Source: Coniocarpon cinnabarinum (lineage: Eukaryota). Taken from it: a stretch of 46,059 bases of DNA. Below, piece after piece: positions 1 through 12,079 of this stretch. Where the stretch lies: contig JAVECO010000178.1 of assembly GCA_051942205.1 (NCBI GenBank), forward strand, positions 1-46,059. The letters are read 5' to 3'. Made by a program: the position numbers and the translations under genes. Each line of letters opens with the position of its first letter. Positions within the stretch are counted from its first letter, which is position 1. Under the pieces are notes generated by a model that had not been told where the DNA came from, searched no databases, and saw only the letters and a program-made list of their open reading frames with translations.

Positions 1-880
1 GAGTCCCCCCAAGAAGCCCTCCAAGTCCCTGAAGACCTCCACCAACTCACCAGATCAAGCCAAGCACGCACCGAGGTCTTTCCTAAATCCGGTCAGAAGC
101 GTCAGGCAAGCGTCATCCTCAGCAAGCGGCCGAACGTGACAGCATCGCGAAGAGTACTTGTCAGGACACGACTAGGGGCGATGGAGGCAGTTCTGTCTCT
201 CCGGTGTCTTCTCCCACCGCACTCCCGGAGGTGCGTGCCGATAGCGCGTAGCATTGTCGACCAAAGGTACAAGACGAAGTGCCCCACAATGCAAGCATCG
301 AAGTCAGCAAGCTGTCAGCAACTGCCATGAGTACTGAACGAGGATTGTGCAGGCCGTCACTGGCATCATTGATGTCAGCCCTCACCAATGATGAGCGTTG
401 CCGAGAGTGGACAGTTGCGTTGATGATGGTGAGTTGCCACGGTTGCGACGAGAGTGATGAGTGTGTCATGTGACGACTGGAAGGGGCGGTAAGTCGATTC
501 GGGTTGGGATGCCGCCTTGTCGTGTCTCTGGATGCTGCTGAGAAGATTAGTCGCTGACAGGCAAGTGTCGAAGGTGACACACCGCCAGTGGGCGCGATTG
601 CTCGAAAACATTGCGTAGAGCGTATGATCGACGGAAGAGCTCAAAAGATGTCACGATGCTTCATGGTAGCGAGCTTGAGTGTGGTAGTGCAGGCGGTGGT
701 GACGGCGGTGAAGATGAAAAAATGATGGGCGAGCGAAGAGCTTGATGATGATGGTGATCATGACAATGATGAGGAGGAAGATGAGAGCGCGAAGGCATGA
801 AAGAAGTAGGAGAAGTTGGTGGAGTTGAGTTGTTGTGGTGGTTTGGCTTCATTGTGCGGTGAAGAAAGAAAGAAGAAAAG
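1..880 (-). other. Probable 5' end (long leader and first small exons) of a minus-strand gene running off the left edge
   Basis: Minus strand has a pyrimidine-rich leader (~880-650), donor GTGAGG at 385-380, branch CTGAC at 96-92, acceptor TTAG ending at 83, then donors GTGCGT (71) and GTGAGT (50). No recognisable protein. Confidence 0.3.
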
Positions 881-1880
881 TTGGGAGCGCGGGAAGTCTT
901 TTATTCACGTTGGCATGGCCCGAGCTCACGAGCACCGCGTTGCTATGCGCGCCGTGAAGGATACTGGGACGTGTCGCGAATGGTGCAAGGTGGAGGTGCA
1001 ACGCGTCGTCACCCCGTTTTGCCTGTCAGGTGTTGCGATCACCAAGCCTCTGATACGATCGGGGTGCCACCATTCGTTCTCCGCGTCAGCGCCCGTGACC
1101 ATGGCAAAGCAACGGTAGAAAACGTGGTGAAAACCCTCGACATGCGATGAAGGCACCAGACTCCTATCATTGAGGATGCAGATTCTGGGTGGGCAGGAAA
1201 GGTGAAGCAGTGAAGCAGTGAAGCTGCTGGTTCGCTCAGCGTTTCCACAAACGCGATCTAACCAGCAGGAGCTCCAGCGAGCTCTGACATCTTCATTGGG
1301 TGCCTAGTTGAAAACCCACATGGCCGAGCAAGGAGCAAGAGAATGCTCATGCTCGTCAAGAGTTTGGAAATTCGAGCAGCAAACATCTTCGGGCCTGTTG
1401 GCAAGTAGCAGGCAACTTTGCAGGAATTTTTCATGCACCGTGTCTCAGGCCTCGAGAATTTAGATTGAACTATACTTATGAGCTGGAAAGAGCTTTTCGA
1501 GAATCGAAGGCTGATGGAACCTGTGGATAATGGCACAGGAGCAAAGCAGCACGTAGCGACGATCCATACAATGCTTGTGAGGACGTGATAAAATTCGAAT
1601 GCAGAAAGCTCGCTATCTAGCTATGTATATAGACTGGATGCTGCGGAGTACGACGTCGAGCTTTCGTCATGGAAGGAGCGGTCAGATGGCAGTGACGAAT
1701 GGATCCATCGTCCCGACTCGCTCTACACGAACTCAACAATTCCGCTAGCCTTAGCTCACCGGTCTCGTCTCGCTGTCTGCCACTGCACACGTTGCCCACG
1801 TTGCCTACGTCCGTCGTAATCTTTCAACATGTAGAGAAGAATCGATGCAATGTGAAGACTAAGGGACCTTTTGTGCAAGC

Positions 1881-4407
1881 ATGAAGCCAAGACAAAGTGA
1901 GTCTGCCCATTCGATTCGTCTACGTCCGCCTTCGCTTCCCTCCTCTGTCTGACCCTCTTCTTCTCCTTCTCTCAGGGTCCCGTCCTCGCAATCGACCTCG
2001 CTGGAATCCCAAAAACCCTCATTCTCGCGCTGCCTATGCGAACCCGGACCGTTCCTCTCCAGCTCCTCCTCATGTCCAAATTCTAGCCCGTCGCGCCGGT
2101 ACTCCGACTCCGTCACGTGAAAGTACAACAGGTTGTCAGAGCAATCACAACATTGCCGCGCTTGAGTTTCAGCCAACTCTTCCCCCCCAACTCCTCGAAG
2201 AATCCACTCCCTCACCGCAAACCGGCAAAAGCAACATGGCACAGTGGGAGGAGACTCCAGGTAACATACCCTTCCGATGTGAGTGCCCACGCTTGACGCT
2301 GACGGTTCTTAGACTCTAGCTTCCTCCTCGAAGATGGAGAAGCTCCTCGCACCCATGCTGAAGTCTCTCTTGAGGACTTCATCAAGGCGCCTCGTCGTCC
2401 CACTGGGCGCTTTGGTCGACACAGGCGTAGCCAGTCCAATCTCAAGATTGACGCAAATGCTCCTGCGCTCGTTTCAAACACGCTTCCCGAGGCACGCCAA
2501 ACACCCACCATCGCCCGTCGCAATGCCCCACCTCCGGAGTTTGTCCCATCTTCAGCCACTCACCCTCCGCCAGCTACGCCGCTGCAAGCGCGCTCTGTGC
2601 AACGAGCACCCCCAGCACTGACTGATCCACAACCGTTTCGCAATCTTCAGCACATTGAAACACCCCCAGTGTTTCCCAATGAGTCTTTCTCAGCCCCACC
2701 TACTGAGCTTCCGCCATCTGCACATACAGACCCCGGAAATTTCATTGAAACTTCGACTCCGCATGGTGGCGTCATCGTGTACCAGAAGCAGACCACTCGC
2801 GATTCGATCGGCCGTTCATTTGTTACTTGGGAGACTCTGGGCGAGATCCAGCCAGAGCATATGGATAGTCTCCGTGGGTTTCTTGCTGTAAGTAATATCC
2901 GTAATATAGCTGTCAATCGCCAGCTTTCAGAGACTGACCCAATCCGCAGACACGCTCGAGGTATCAGGACGATCAAGGTTACTTTGACAAAGCGACGTAC
3001 GAGGAACACAAAGCACAAGCAATTCGACAGATGTGCGAAGACGGTCAAATTCAGCCAATTCCTACCCACCAGCGTACACCACATAGTGGTATGTCAGGCG
3101 GATCGAGCTCTAAAAAAGAGCATACACCCACGCAGGCGGGCGGCGTCAACCAGACCCCCCAGCGGTATGCGACTGCGCAGGATTTGCGGATGCCTGAAAA
3201 CACGCCAGCGAAATCAAACTATGATCCCTTTTCGCCACCTGCAGACCGTCAGCCTAGCTATCAACAACAGCCACAGTACTTCAATGATCCATTCGTTTCG
3301 CCGCTTCGTTACGATCAGGCAAGCATGATAGCGGCACAGATGGCTCATTCGGGTGGGGAGCAAACCAAGGCGAGATGGCAGCAAGACAAAGGGCGACGCC
3401 AGCAGAGCGACCAAACTTATGGTCAACGCTCTGCTCGGCTTCACAACGACATCCAGCACAAGCTTGGTGTCGGTCACTTCAAACTCTCCGGTCCAGTGAT
3501 TGATCAGATGTACTTCCAAGGCCCGCCTCGACGCACTGTTTTGCACGACCCATATTTGAAGCAGCAAAGCAGGGGCGTTGAAGGACATAGCCAAGATGGA
3601 CCAGAGGGAACTCTCCGCCAGAACGCAGAACACCCAGATAGCTTCACCGAGCCGAAGCCAGTCTACCAGTCGGGCAGTCCATCCACAGCACAAGTGCATG
3701 ACGAACCGTCGAATCCACAGTCGATGGCACCAAGCCGTGCAGACAACATCCACGGCCAAGTTGGCCAGCTGCATCAAGGCAGTGATCTCTTCTCAAGCAT
3801 CGCGCCGAGTCCTTACAATCGTCCGAGCTCCGCATTTAAACGGTTCGCACCATCAGCGCAGCCCCCAGCAGCGCCAACGAATCAGCCCTCAACGTTGTCT
3901 AACATGCTTGGCCAGACGCGAGACATTCGCGAAACGTTCGACTGGAACAAAACCGAGTACCAGCTTCGGAAGCCTTTTCCGCACAATCAGACCTTTCAGC
4001 CACCATTCTTCATCGACTCTTGGCCAAACATGATTGACGAGGAGCTGGGCATCAAGCCTGAAACCGCCTCCGAGAAGTGCGACCGGATTTGGAGCAGTGG
4101 ACATCAACAGCACAAGGAGAACGTAGGCAACGCGCTCGAGTGGGTTAGGTCCATTGGTAAGGCCGGTGATGAAGAGGTTGAGAATGCTGCTGTGCTCATG
4201 TTTCCCTTACGGCAAAACCTTGGCTGGTATGCAGAGCAGGCTGAAGCGAAACGCTTCGGTGTTGGAGGTCTTCAGCGTCAGGCTAGAGACGGCTGGGAAG
4301 CCGGCAGTCCAACGTCCATGACGAGCTGCAATTATTTTGCAAAGCACTATGATCCACTGGGACAAGAGCAGGACGACGTTCGCGGTTGGCTCGAGGGTAT
4401 CCGTTGA
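1881..4407 (+). CDS. Hypothetical Pro/Gln/Ser-rich, largely disordered protein (~777 aa)
   Basis: join(1881..1896,1976..2260,2313..2887,2950..4407). Introns GTGAGT..CAG, GTAACA..TAG and GTAAGT..CAG each have a CTGAC branch site and join ORFs 1897, 2597 and 3031 into one open frame. No domain recognised. Confidence 0.7.
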
Positions 4408-5121
4408 CAGACGAAGTGAGGTCAGCAATGATAATAATCAGGCCTTCTGCAGCACAATTAGAAATGATGACAATACGTTATTATGCAAGGTAGTTAGTCG
4501 GAGGGCTGGCTACAACGCAGAGCCGCAGGACCTAGATTATTCTACCACTTACCGCTGGTGATAGCCGGCTGCATCTCATACTGGCCGCTTCACTTATTTA
4601 GTGACCTAAAATAAGAAATTGTCACTGCCTTAGTCGCGCACTGCAGGCAGCGTACTCCGTATTTGCAGGTGAAGTTCACGCGAAGCTTGGGCTCAGCACA
4701 ACACAAACCTGAAGCCTGCAAAACGTACTCCGGTCTCGCGGCATTTCATCAATGAGAATATAAATCCTCGACCACAGAGCGCGTCAACGTCATCACCGGC
4801 ATTGCTGGCGTTGCGGCACTGCGATACGAACAGCCAATGACGAGGCTCGCAAACGGCAGCTGTCCCGCCTCGACGTGACAGGGTTCTCCGCCAGTGCCAA
4901 CTTGCTTTCGTGCAACCTTAGCTACAAACAATCGTGAGGATTGCTATATATTGAGCTCTCTAGGCATCTCTGTCCTTCGGAAGTGCTCGTTTCGGTACAG
5001 TGGCTGGTTCGGGTACTCAAGTGCACCAGAATCACACATCATGCGAGGTTGAACTGCTCGTCCGCTCTCATTCACCGCGCCAGACCTATAATTCCGAGCA
5101 CAGATTCGTGGAATTCTAAAG

Positions 5122-5806
5122 ATGGTTGGCGTGTTCGTTGATGATCCTAGCCTGTTCCTGAGATGCAATGAGACTAATGTTGTGCTTCAGGTCTCCTCTT
5201 CATCCCGCAACCGTCCATTTCCCCATTGCTTTCCTGACCGCAAGCACTGTGCTCGACTTCTTCGTGCATTTCCGCGCTGCACCTCCCTCTCCGCTCAGTC
5301 TGCCATTGCCGAACTTCTTATCTCAAATTCTCTCTGACAATGCCATCACGTCTTCTTCTTCAGTCGGCCTTACGCAAGCATCGTACACACTCCTCAGCCT
5401 CGGCTTGCTCACCGCGCTACCCGCTATAGTATCCGGTGGACAGCAGGCCATTCTGATGATTCAAAAAGGGGGTCTGTACACTACAGACCCGGACACGAAG
5501 CAAAAAAAGCTGAGGGAGAAGGTCAAGACTACCTTCCTGCATGCAGGCGTCAATGACGTGGCTTTGGCGCTGTTTGGGCTCAAGTGGTGGCTCATGGGCA
5601 TGGGAAGAACCACAGACTACGGCGCAAAGGGCGTCACTGGAATGATACAAGGGGATGCGACTGGGTACAGTTTGGGCCTCAGAGAAGTGGCTTTGGGTCT
5701 GGCTGCCAACGGGATCATCCTGTTTGCTGCAAACCTGGGCGGCGCTTTGACTTACGGAATGGGCGTCGGGTTGAGTCTAGGTGGTGGCAGTAAAAAAACG
5801 CAATAA
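5122..5806 (+). CDS. DUF2231-like small membrane protein (~208 aa)
   Basis: join(5122..5132,5191..5806); intron GTTCGT..CTAAT..CAG. Motif LHPATVHFPIAF, hydrophobic helices, a conserved H (FLHA) and C-terminal LGGALTYGMGVG. The first exon is less certain. Confidence 0.7.
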
Positions 5807-6722
5807 GTGATGTGGTGCGAGCAACGGCGAGGGTCATGGCAAAAGCCGTTACCGGATCACAATCTAGACAGCGAGCCTCCACGGTAAGGAGGTGAGGTTC
5901 ACCAATCTATGCGTATCACAGCAAAAGCCTTCTATAACTCATAAGACGCTGAATAACAATACAGCAAGTACTTTCCTACAGTACCCTTAAAGCCCTACTC
6001 AACATTAAATGTAGGTACGGGCGATCCATGATACTATCATAGGAGCACAATGCTTCAAATAATTTCGAGGCGAGAGCGAAACAGACGATGCCTATTGAGG
6101 ACAATTCAATTCAAGCTGCAGAGAATTTCAATAGAGTCCACTCGCGAGCCAGTTGTGCATTGACGGGGCTATATAAAGAGTCTATTGGTGTGGCTGCCGA
6201 CTGGAAACATCGTTCTCTTGTACTCTCTAACAAAATCCCGAAAAGCTTGTCGGGTCGCCAGTATTTCCATGGCGATATTGATGAGCTCCTCTCAATGCTT
6301 TTGCATTTTTAATATCGTTGAGTCCGTTAAGCAGTATCATAGCGTCAAGTGCATGTAGTGGCTTCGAATTCTAAAGACCATTTACTCCCCTCTGTCAGCT
6401 TGAGCCTCGACATTAACAAATCAATATGCCATTCAGTGGGCTTATCGCTTTAGAAATCATAACTCAGACACGATAACCGCCAACTCTAACTGCCGCAAGT
6501 CGCGATGAATGAAGTTGGGTAGAATGAGCGCTAGTCAGCCTTATGACTCTTTTCGGCCTAGCTCGATCGCTTTTCGCCCACACTCCACCCCCTCATCATC
6601 GATTTTACACTGCAGACAGAGAATCTGTGACAAAGCATCAACCGCTCATTCCAACTCACGTCCCGCGATCGAAATTGCAGCCGAATTTGACAGCATTTTC
6701 AAAAGCGCGAGATTGAGTAACA

Positions 6723-7080
6723 ATGGTAGACTCCTCACGCGACACTGGCACGTCAAGAAGCTGCTAACTTATGAAATCAATAGACTCTAGCAGTTGATCT
6801 TCTAAACCCAAGCCCTCAACACGAGGCTCGCAAGCACAAGCTCAAGGTACTACCACATCTCCATGAAAATGCTTGCCTTGCTCACATTTGCGACCAGACC
6901 TTGGTGCCCGGCCCACGAAGTTTTTTCATGGACGTCAAATGCCCTGGTTGCTTTACCATCACCACTGTCTTCTCACACGCTCAAACTGTCGTCGTCTGCG
7001 CAGGATGTTCACAAGTTCTCTGCCAGCCGACCGGTGGCAAGGCTCGTTTGACCGAGGGCTGCTCTTTCCGAAGGAAGTAA
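6723..7080 (+). CDS. RPS27: 40S ribosomal protein S27 (eS27), 82 aa
   Basis: join(6723..6725,6784..6846,6898..7080) translates as [82 protein letters not shown], with a CxxC..CxxC zinc finger. Not in the supplied ORF track. Confidence 0.97.
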
Positions 7081-7798
7081 TGGCAAAGAACTAAGACGAA
7101 GCGGTTGAGACGACGTTCGTGTTCAACAGTCAAGAAATTGGAATTGAACAGACGTTGAGTTTGAAGATGTGAAGCGCATGCGGCACGGATTCTGGGGAGG
7201 CAATGAAGCGGCGTTGATTGATGTGTCGAAATACCTGAGAAGCTGGGATCAGGGGAGATGGCGACAAACCACTTGTTGTCATTGCATGAGCGTTCATCAT
7301 CTGGCATGTTATGGCATATGAGGAATTCGTTGTCTTTTGCACAGCCATGGACGCGAGGACGTGCGTGTCAAACATTCTGAAAGCTATTGAGGATACCTTC
7401 CCACGCTACTTTTTGCAAACTCTTCGTAGCAATGTGATAGGTATTCTAGCCACTTTCTGAGCGTCTTTCCAACTCAAATTTGTGTCTATTTCACCATCCA
7501 GCCACGTTAATATTATTGAGCATTCATAGCCGATGCGATCCTTGTCGCACTCCTGTAACCGCTGCAAGTTACTTTGCCTTGTTATTAAGGCAAATACTCT
7601 GAAGTCATACTTAATAATGGAGTCTGATGATTCACGCCCCTCCTTTCTCTCAAGCAAGTCCGCCGTGCGCGGCAACGCGATTCTTCTGCACTTCTATTGA
7701 TTCTACCTTCTAAAGTGGGCGATACGCCTCCCCTCGCACCTTGTGTGTCGATGCTTGCTTGCTTAGACCTTGTCCAGCTGGTGTTGTCTTGAGTTGAG

Positions 7799-10115
7799 AT
7801 GGCCTCAAACCTGCCCAACTCAAAGCTTGGGAACAACGCGTCATCCCCTATAACATCACCGGCGCCGCCTCAAACCGGGACTTTGCAGGGCGTAGACGCT
7901 GCTTCAAGGCGTTCCGGCGGCTCTGGAAGCTTCGGTGCTGGTTCTTCGTCTCGCGCTACTGGCCAACCCCGAAAGCAACAAACAGCCAAGAACCAGCACA
8001 AGCACACGCGTCGGTATAGGTTAGCAGACGAGGATGCTATTGCTGAGTCTGTGAGTGACCTTCCAACCGAGTCAGAGTCGCATAGGACGATCTACGCCCT
8101 GTGTGCAAAGTAGCAGAGCAAGATGCTGACGAGACAACGCAAGGCCGCCATGAGGTCCTTCACGAACAAGAAGGGGCAAACATCGATCACCCATCTGATG
8201 AATTTTTCTCTCCCTCCGCGACCGAACTCTCACTACCAGCCGAACTTCCAACGTCACTCAAGTCGGACTCCAAGATGGGGACTAGGCTCCGGGTACCACG
8301 CGGTAGACAAGGCTCGCTACGTGCACGCCAATTATCGCTTCATTGTTGATCCAAGAGGCGATTATACCCAGCAAAGCACAGATGCCGATGTCTATTTGGA
8401 TTGGTCATCTATACTGCAGATTTTGGCATCGCCGCTCAGCCAGCAAGCAGCTTGTCCTATTTGTCTGAGCGACCCAGTGGCGCCACGCATGGCCAAGTGT
8501 GGTCACATCTTTTGTTTGCATTGTTTGATTCGATACATGCATTCAAGCGATGCTGGCGATCGTTTTCCTGAAAAGAAAAGCCGGTGGAAGAGCTGCCCCA
8601 TCTGCTGGGATAGCATGTACATGTCAGACATGAGGGCCGTGCGGTGGTTCAAGGGGCAGGAAAGCGAGGTAAGTGTCATCTCCATATTATCGTTTCACGC
8701 TCGACGTTCGAACGATCCGAAAGGCTCCGAGATTCTCATGTTTTTCTATTTGGTTCGCCAATTGTCATCATGGCTGATGGCTACTGCAGGTGCTTCAGGA
8801 GGGATGTGATATCGTACTACGACTTGTTGTCCGCCCTGCGGAGAGTACCTTGGCGCTGCCAAAGGATGCTTCGTCTGCTTTGATGAAAGGTGAAGAAATC
8901 CCTTGGCATTTCGCAGCCGATGTCATGGACTTTGCTAGGGTCATGCGTGGCACACGAGAGTATATGCTTGAACAGTATGATGCGGAAATTCATCAGCTCG
9001 AGCAGCTCGAGCGTCACGATGAGCTCATGTTTGGAGATGATAACGAGTGGACCCAGCGAGCCATACGTTCCTGTCAGGATGCCAAGGAACGAATGCGGTC
9101 GCTAGGGAACGTGTCGTCGACAGCTCCTCTGACCTCGCCACAGCCCCAGACTGAACGATCGTCAGAGCCATCGTCTAAACCAGAAAGCGCACTTTCTCAG
9201 TCGATTGCGCAATATCGTACGCGAATGCAAGGTAATGCCGTTGGACCCTCGGACTACCATTTCTATCAAGCACTGCAACATCACTATCTTTCTGCCCTGG
9301 ACATCAAGATATTGAAAGCATCCTTTGGCAGTTATGCATTCTTTCCCTCAACCATTCTTCCACGCGTCGAGAGAATATCCACAGGGCATATCGTCGACGA
9401 AGATCTAAGAAGAAGACACAAGTACTTATCGCATCTGCCTCATGGATGTGAAGTCGCGTTCCTCGAATGTGACTGGACTGACACAGTACCAAAAGAGGTC
9501 CTCGATCACTTCAGCAGCGAGATCGACAAGCGCAGGAGACGCAACGCCGACAAAGATGCAAGGGAGGAGAAAGAGCGTGTGCGGGCAGAGAAAGAAGAGG
9601 ACGAGAAGCGGTGGAAGGAGGCTCGAAGAATCAAGAGAGGGCCTAGTGCGGAAGGTCAACGGAGCGGCCTTGATCTTGATGAGTTTCAGCCTCTGACTCC
9701 TGGTGCAAACGAAAGCATCGGCGGAGGCGAGATTTTCGATGAAGTCGAGGGAAGCAGTCCAAATTGGGGACGTCGACGTGAGTTCGGCGATGTGGGAACG
9801 GGCAGCGGATACGCCGCTCTTGCCAGTCCGTCAACGAGTCCCTCGGCTTCACGAACGGTCTGGGGCACCGCAGCGATTCCGCTTAGCACCCCTCCCATTG
9901 AGCCACAGCCGGAACCGACGGAGGACGACGGCTGGTTGCAGGGCTGGGAAAAGGAGATTCTGGACGCTGACGTGAGCATGATTGAGCAGATGGAAGGCGT
10001 GAGTCTTGGTGAAGCAGGGACAAGCGCCAGCACCCCTGGCTCAACGGCTAAGAAGAAAGGCAAAAAGAACAAAAAGATTACGCTGATGTCGACAAGTCAA
10101 CGCCGGGGCGTCTGA
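7799..10115 (+). CDS. MAG2: RING-finger E3 ubiquitin ligase, RNF10/Mag2 family (~700 aa)
   Basis: join(7799..8050,8144..8668,8790..10115). Motifs HLMNF, YVHANYRFIV, C3HC4 RING (CPICL..CGHIFCLHC..CPIC), HFYQA, RRRHKYLSHLP and C-terminal KKKGKKNKKITLMST. Intron 1 uses an AAG acceptor. Confidence 0.9.
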
Positions 10116-10434
10116 TGCACTGACGCACGGAAGCAATGAAGACAATCAGTATTATACAGATGCAAATAGACACATTGATGAATTTGAGATGATTTCCAAA
10201 AAGTCCAACCCACCAATCTTCTCATTTCGAGTGGTTTGCAAACCCAGCAATGCTAGAAGGAGCTTCTGCACCCTGCCGATATCCACGTTTCCTATGTCTG
10301 ATGAACATCACGTACGAAACACTGACAGATGCATGTCCATCCGCGTATGTGCCCATGCTCGACAATTCTCCTACAGCAAATCCAACACCCTACGCCACCA
10401 TCTAACACCAACCCCCATTCGAAGCATCCACACG

Positions 10435-11499
10435 ATGACCACCCCACCCCACCAACACTCCAAACCCCTCCGCCTCCTCCTCCTCCACGGCTACACCCAA
10501 TCCGGCCCCCTGTTCCGGATCAAAACCCGCGCCCTCGAAAAAACCCTGCACAAACACCTCCGCACCGCCTTTCCTGCTCAATTCTCGGGTCTTGACTTCG
10601 TCTATCCGACGGGACCGATTCGGATTCGAGCGGCGGACTTTCCGGCGCATTTGAATACAGCGGGGACGGATGAGAGGGGCAAAGACGAGGGTGCGGGAAT
10701 GAAGAAAGATGGTGGGAAAGAGGATGGTGATGGGAGAGAGGAGCCGGAGGCTTATGGGTGGTGGATTCGCAGAGGGAGCAGTGAGCCGTTTACTTATGAG
10801 GGGATTTATGAGGGACTTGATGGTGTGGCTTTGGAATTGAGGAAGGCGGCGAGGGAGGGGATGCTCTTTGATGGGATTGTGGGGTTTAGCCAGGGTGGGA
10901 GTCTGGCGGCGATGGTGGCAAGTTTGCTTGAGCCTGGGAGACGAGGGAGCTTTGATCGCTTAAGAGAAAAAGGTGGGATGGAGTGGCCTTCGAGTTTCGA
11001 CGAGACTGCGGGGTTGAGTATCGAAGATGAAGTCGCGGGCTTGGGACAGAATCAATCGCACAATAGTGGCGGGAAGCAAGAGGAAAGAGGAAGAGGAGGG
11101 AAATACGGAAACGGATGTATACACCCGTCGTTTAAATTCTGCATATCCTACTCCGGCTTCGGGGCGACCACCAATCCATTGTATACGCCATTCTACGAAC
11201 CATCCATCAAAACACCGATATTACACTTTTTGGGATCGGTTGATACGATCGTGGAAGAAGAGAGATCAATGCGATTAGTCAGAAGTTGTGCAGACAACGG
11301 CAAGGGTGCGGTCGGTAAAGATGGGAGGAGGAGAGAAAGAGTCATACGACATCCGGGGGGACATATTGTGCCCACTGCGTCGAATTATGTGGGTTTTGTA
11401 GCAGAATTTGTGGGGGAGTGTTTGAGATTTGAGGACAGGTTGAAAGGAGAAGGCAGTGGGAAGGAGGAGAAAGTGGAAGAGATGGATGTGCCTTTTTAA
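10435..11499 (+). CDS. FSH1/OVCA2-family serine hydrolase (~354 aa)
   Basis: Motifs LLLLHGYTQSG, nucleophile GFSQG, LHFLGSVD and HPGGHIVP (Ser-Asp-His triad). Start placed at ATG 10435; upstream in-frame ATGs exist. Confidence 0.88.
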   Translation: MTTPPHQHSKPLRLLLLHGYTQSGPLFRIKTRALEKTLHKHLRTAFPAQFSGLDFVYPTGPIRIRAADFPAHLNTAGTDERGKDEGAGMKKDGGKEDGDGREEPEAYGWWIRRGSSEPFTYEGIYEGLDGVALELRKAAREGMLFDGIVGFSQGGSLAAMVASLLEPGRRGSFDRLREKGGMEWPSSFDETAGLSIEDEVAGLGQNQSHNSGGKQEERGRGGKYGNGCIHPSFKFCISYSGFGATTNPLYTPFYEPSIKTPILHFLGSVDTIVEEERSMRLVRSCADNGKGAVGKDGRRRERVIRHPGGHIVPTASNYVGFVAEFVGECLRFEDRLKGEGSGKEEKVEEMDVPF

Positions 11500-12079
11500 A
11501 GGTCAACGAGGACTAATATCATCCATGAGAAAGGAAGGAGTGGCTGATGAGGTGCCTTCAGGACACGGGCGAGAATACGACAAGGGTATGGGAATGCCTC
11601 ATAGATTGTGCTTTTAGCGAGGCGTTGGTTTGAAGGTCTATTGATACATCTACAAAGCACTTATGGACATTACAAAGGCTCAGATACAATGCCAGTGCTT
11701 TCGATCACTCTCCATCTTGTCGCTGACTCAGCTTTGAGAAGGTTGAAGTCTTCAGTATCGCGACTGCCCTCTAGCCCTAGAATCGTAAGGATCGTAGATG
11801 GGGTCATTCGCAAGTTGCTTCCCTTTGTCGAGGCGGTAGATGGGCGATCGGTTGACTTGAAGAATGCTGATCTTCACTCAGGCCTTTGTCACCCAAACAG
11901 ACGCGGCGTGGTGGTTCGAGAAGGGTTTGAGCAGTGACAACGTCTCGCGACAACATCGGGAACCATCCGCCAAGACATGAGGCAAACAAGGTCTGCTCAG
12001 CATCTGACGTCGAACCAGTAGGCTCAAGACCGTGTGGGTGACAGCAGGCATTCGAAGCACTTTCCAAGCATTCGCCATG

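Noticed and set aside
4985..5070. tRNA-like T-arm (gcgaggttgaactgctcgt)
   Set aside because: No GTTCRA consensus and no cloverleaf or acceptor stem can be formed.
6088..7836. ORFs 6088..6312, 6509..6790, 6863..7051, 6873..7094 and the minus-strand ORFs at 6981-7836
   Set aside because: They are shadow or intergenic ORFs around the real RPS27 exons, with no recognisable domain.
8141..8143. AAG 3' splice sites (here and at 32123-32125) as unusual splicing
   Set aside because: AAG acceptors are a known minority class in fungi, and both restore conserved protein sequence.
10189..11499. Dihydrofolate reductase annotation and the longer 436-aa ORF start
   Set aside because: Only the FSH1 hydrolase domain is present, with no DHFR motifs. 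The first ~80 codons look like intergenic sequence directly after the MAG2 stop.
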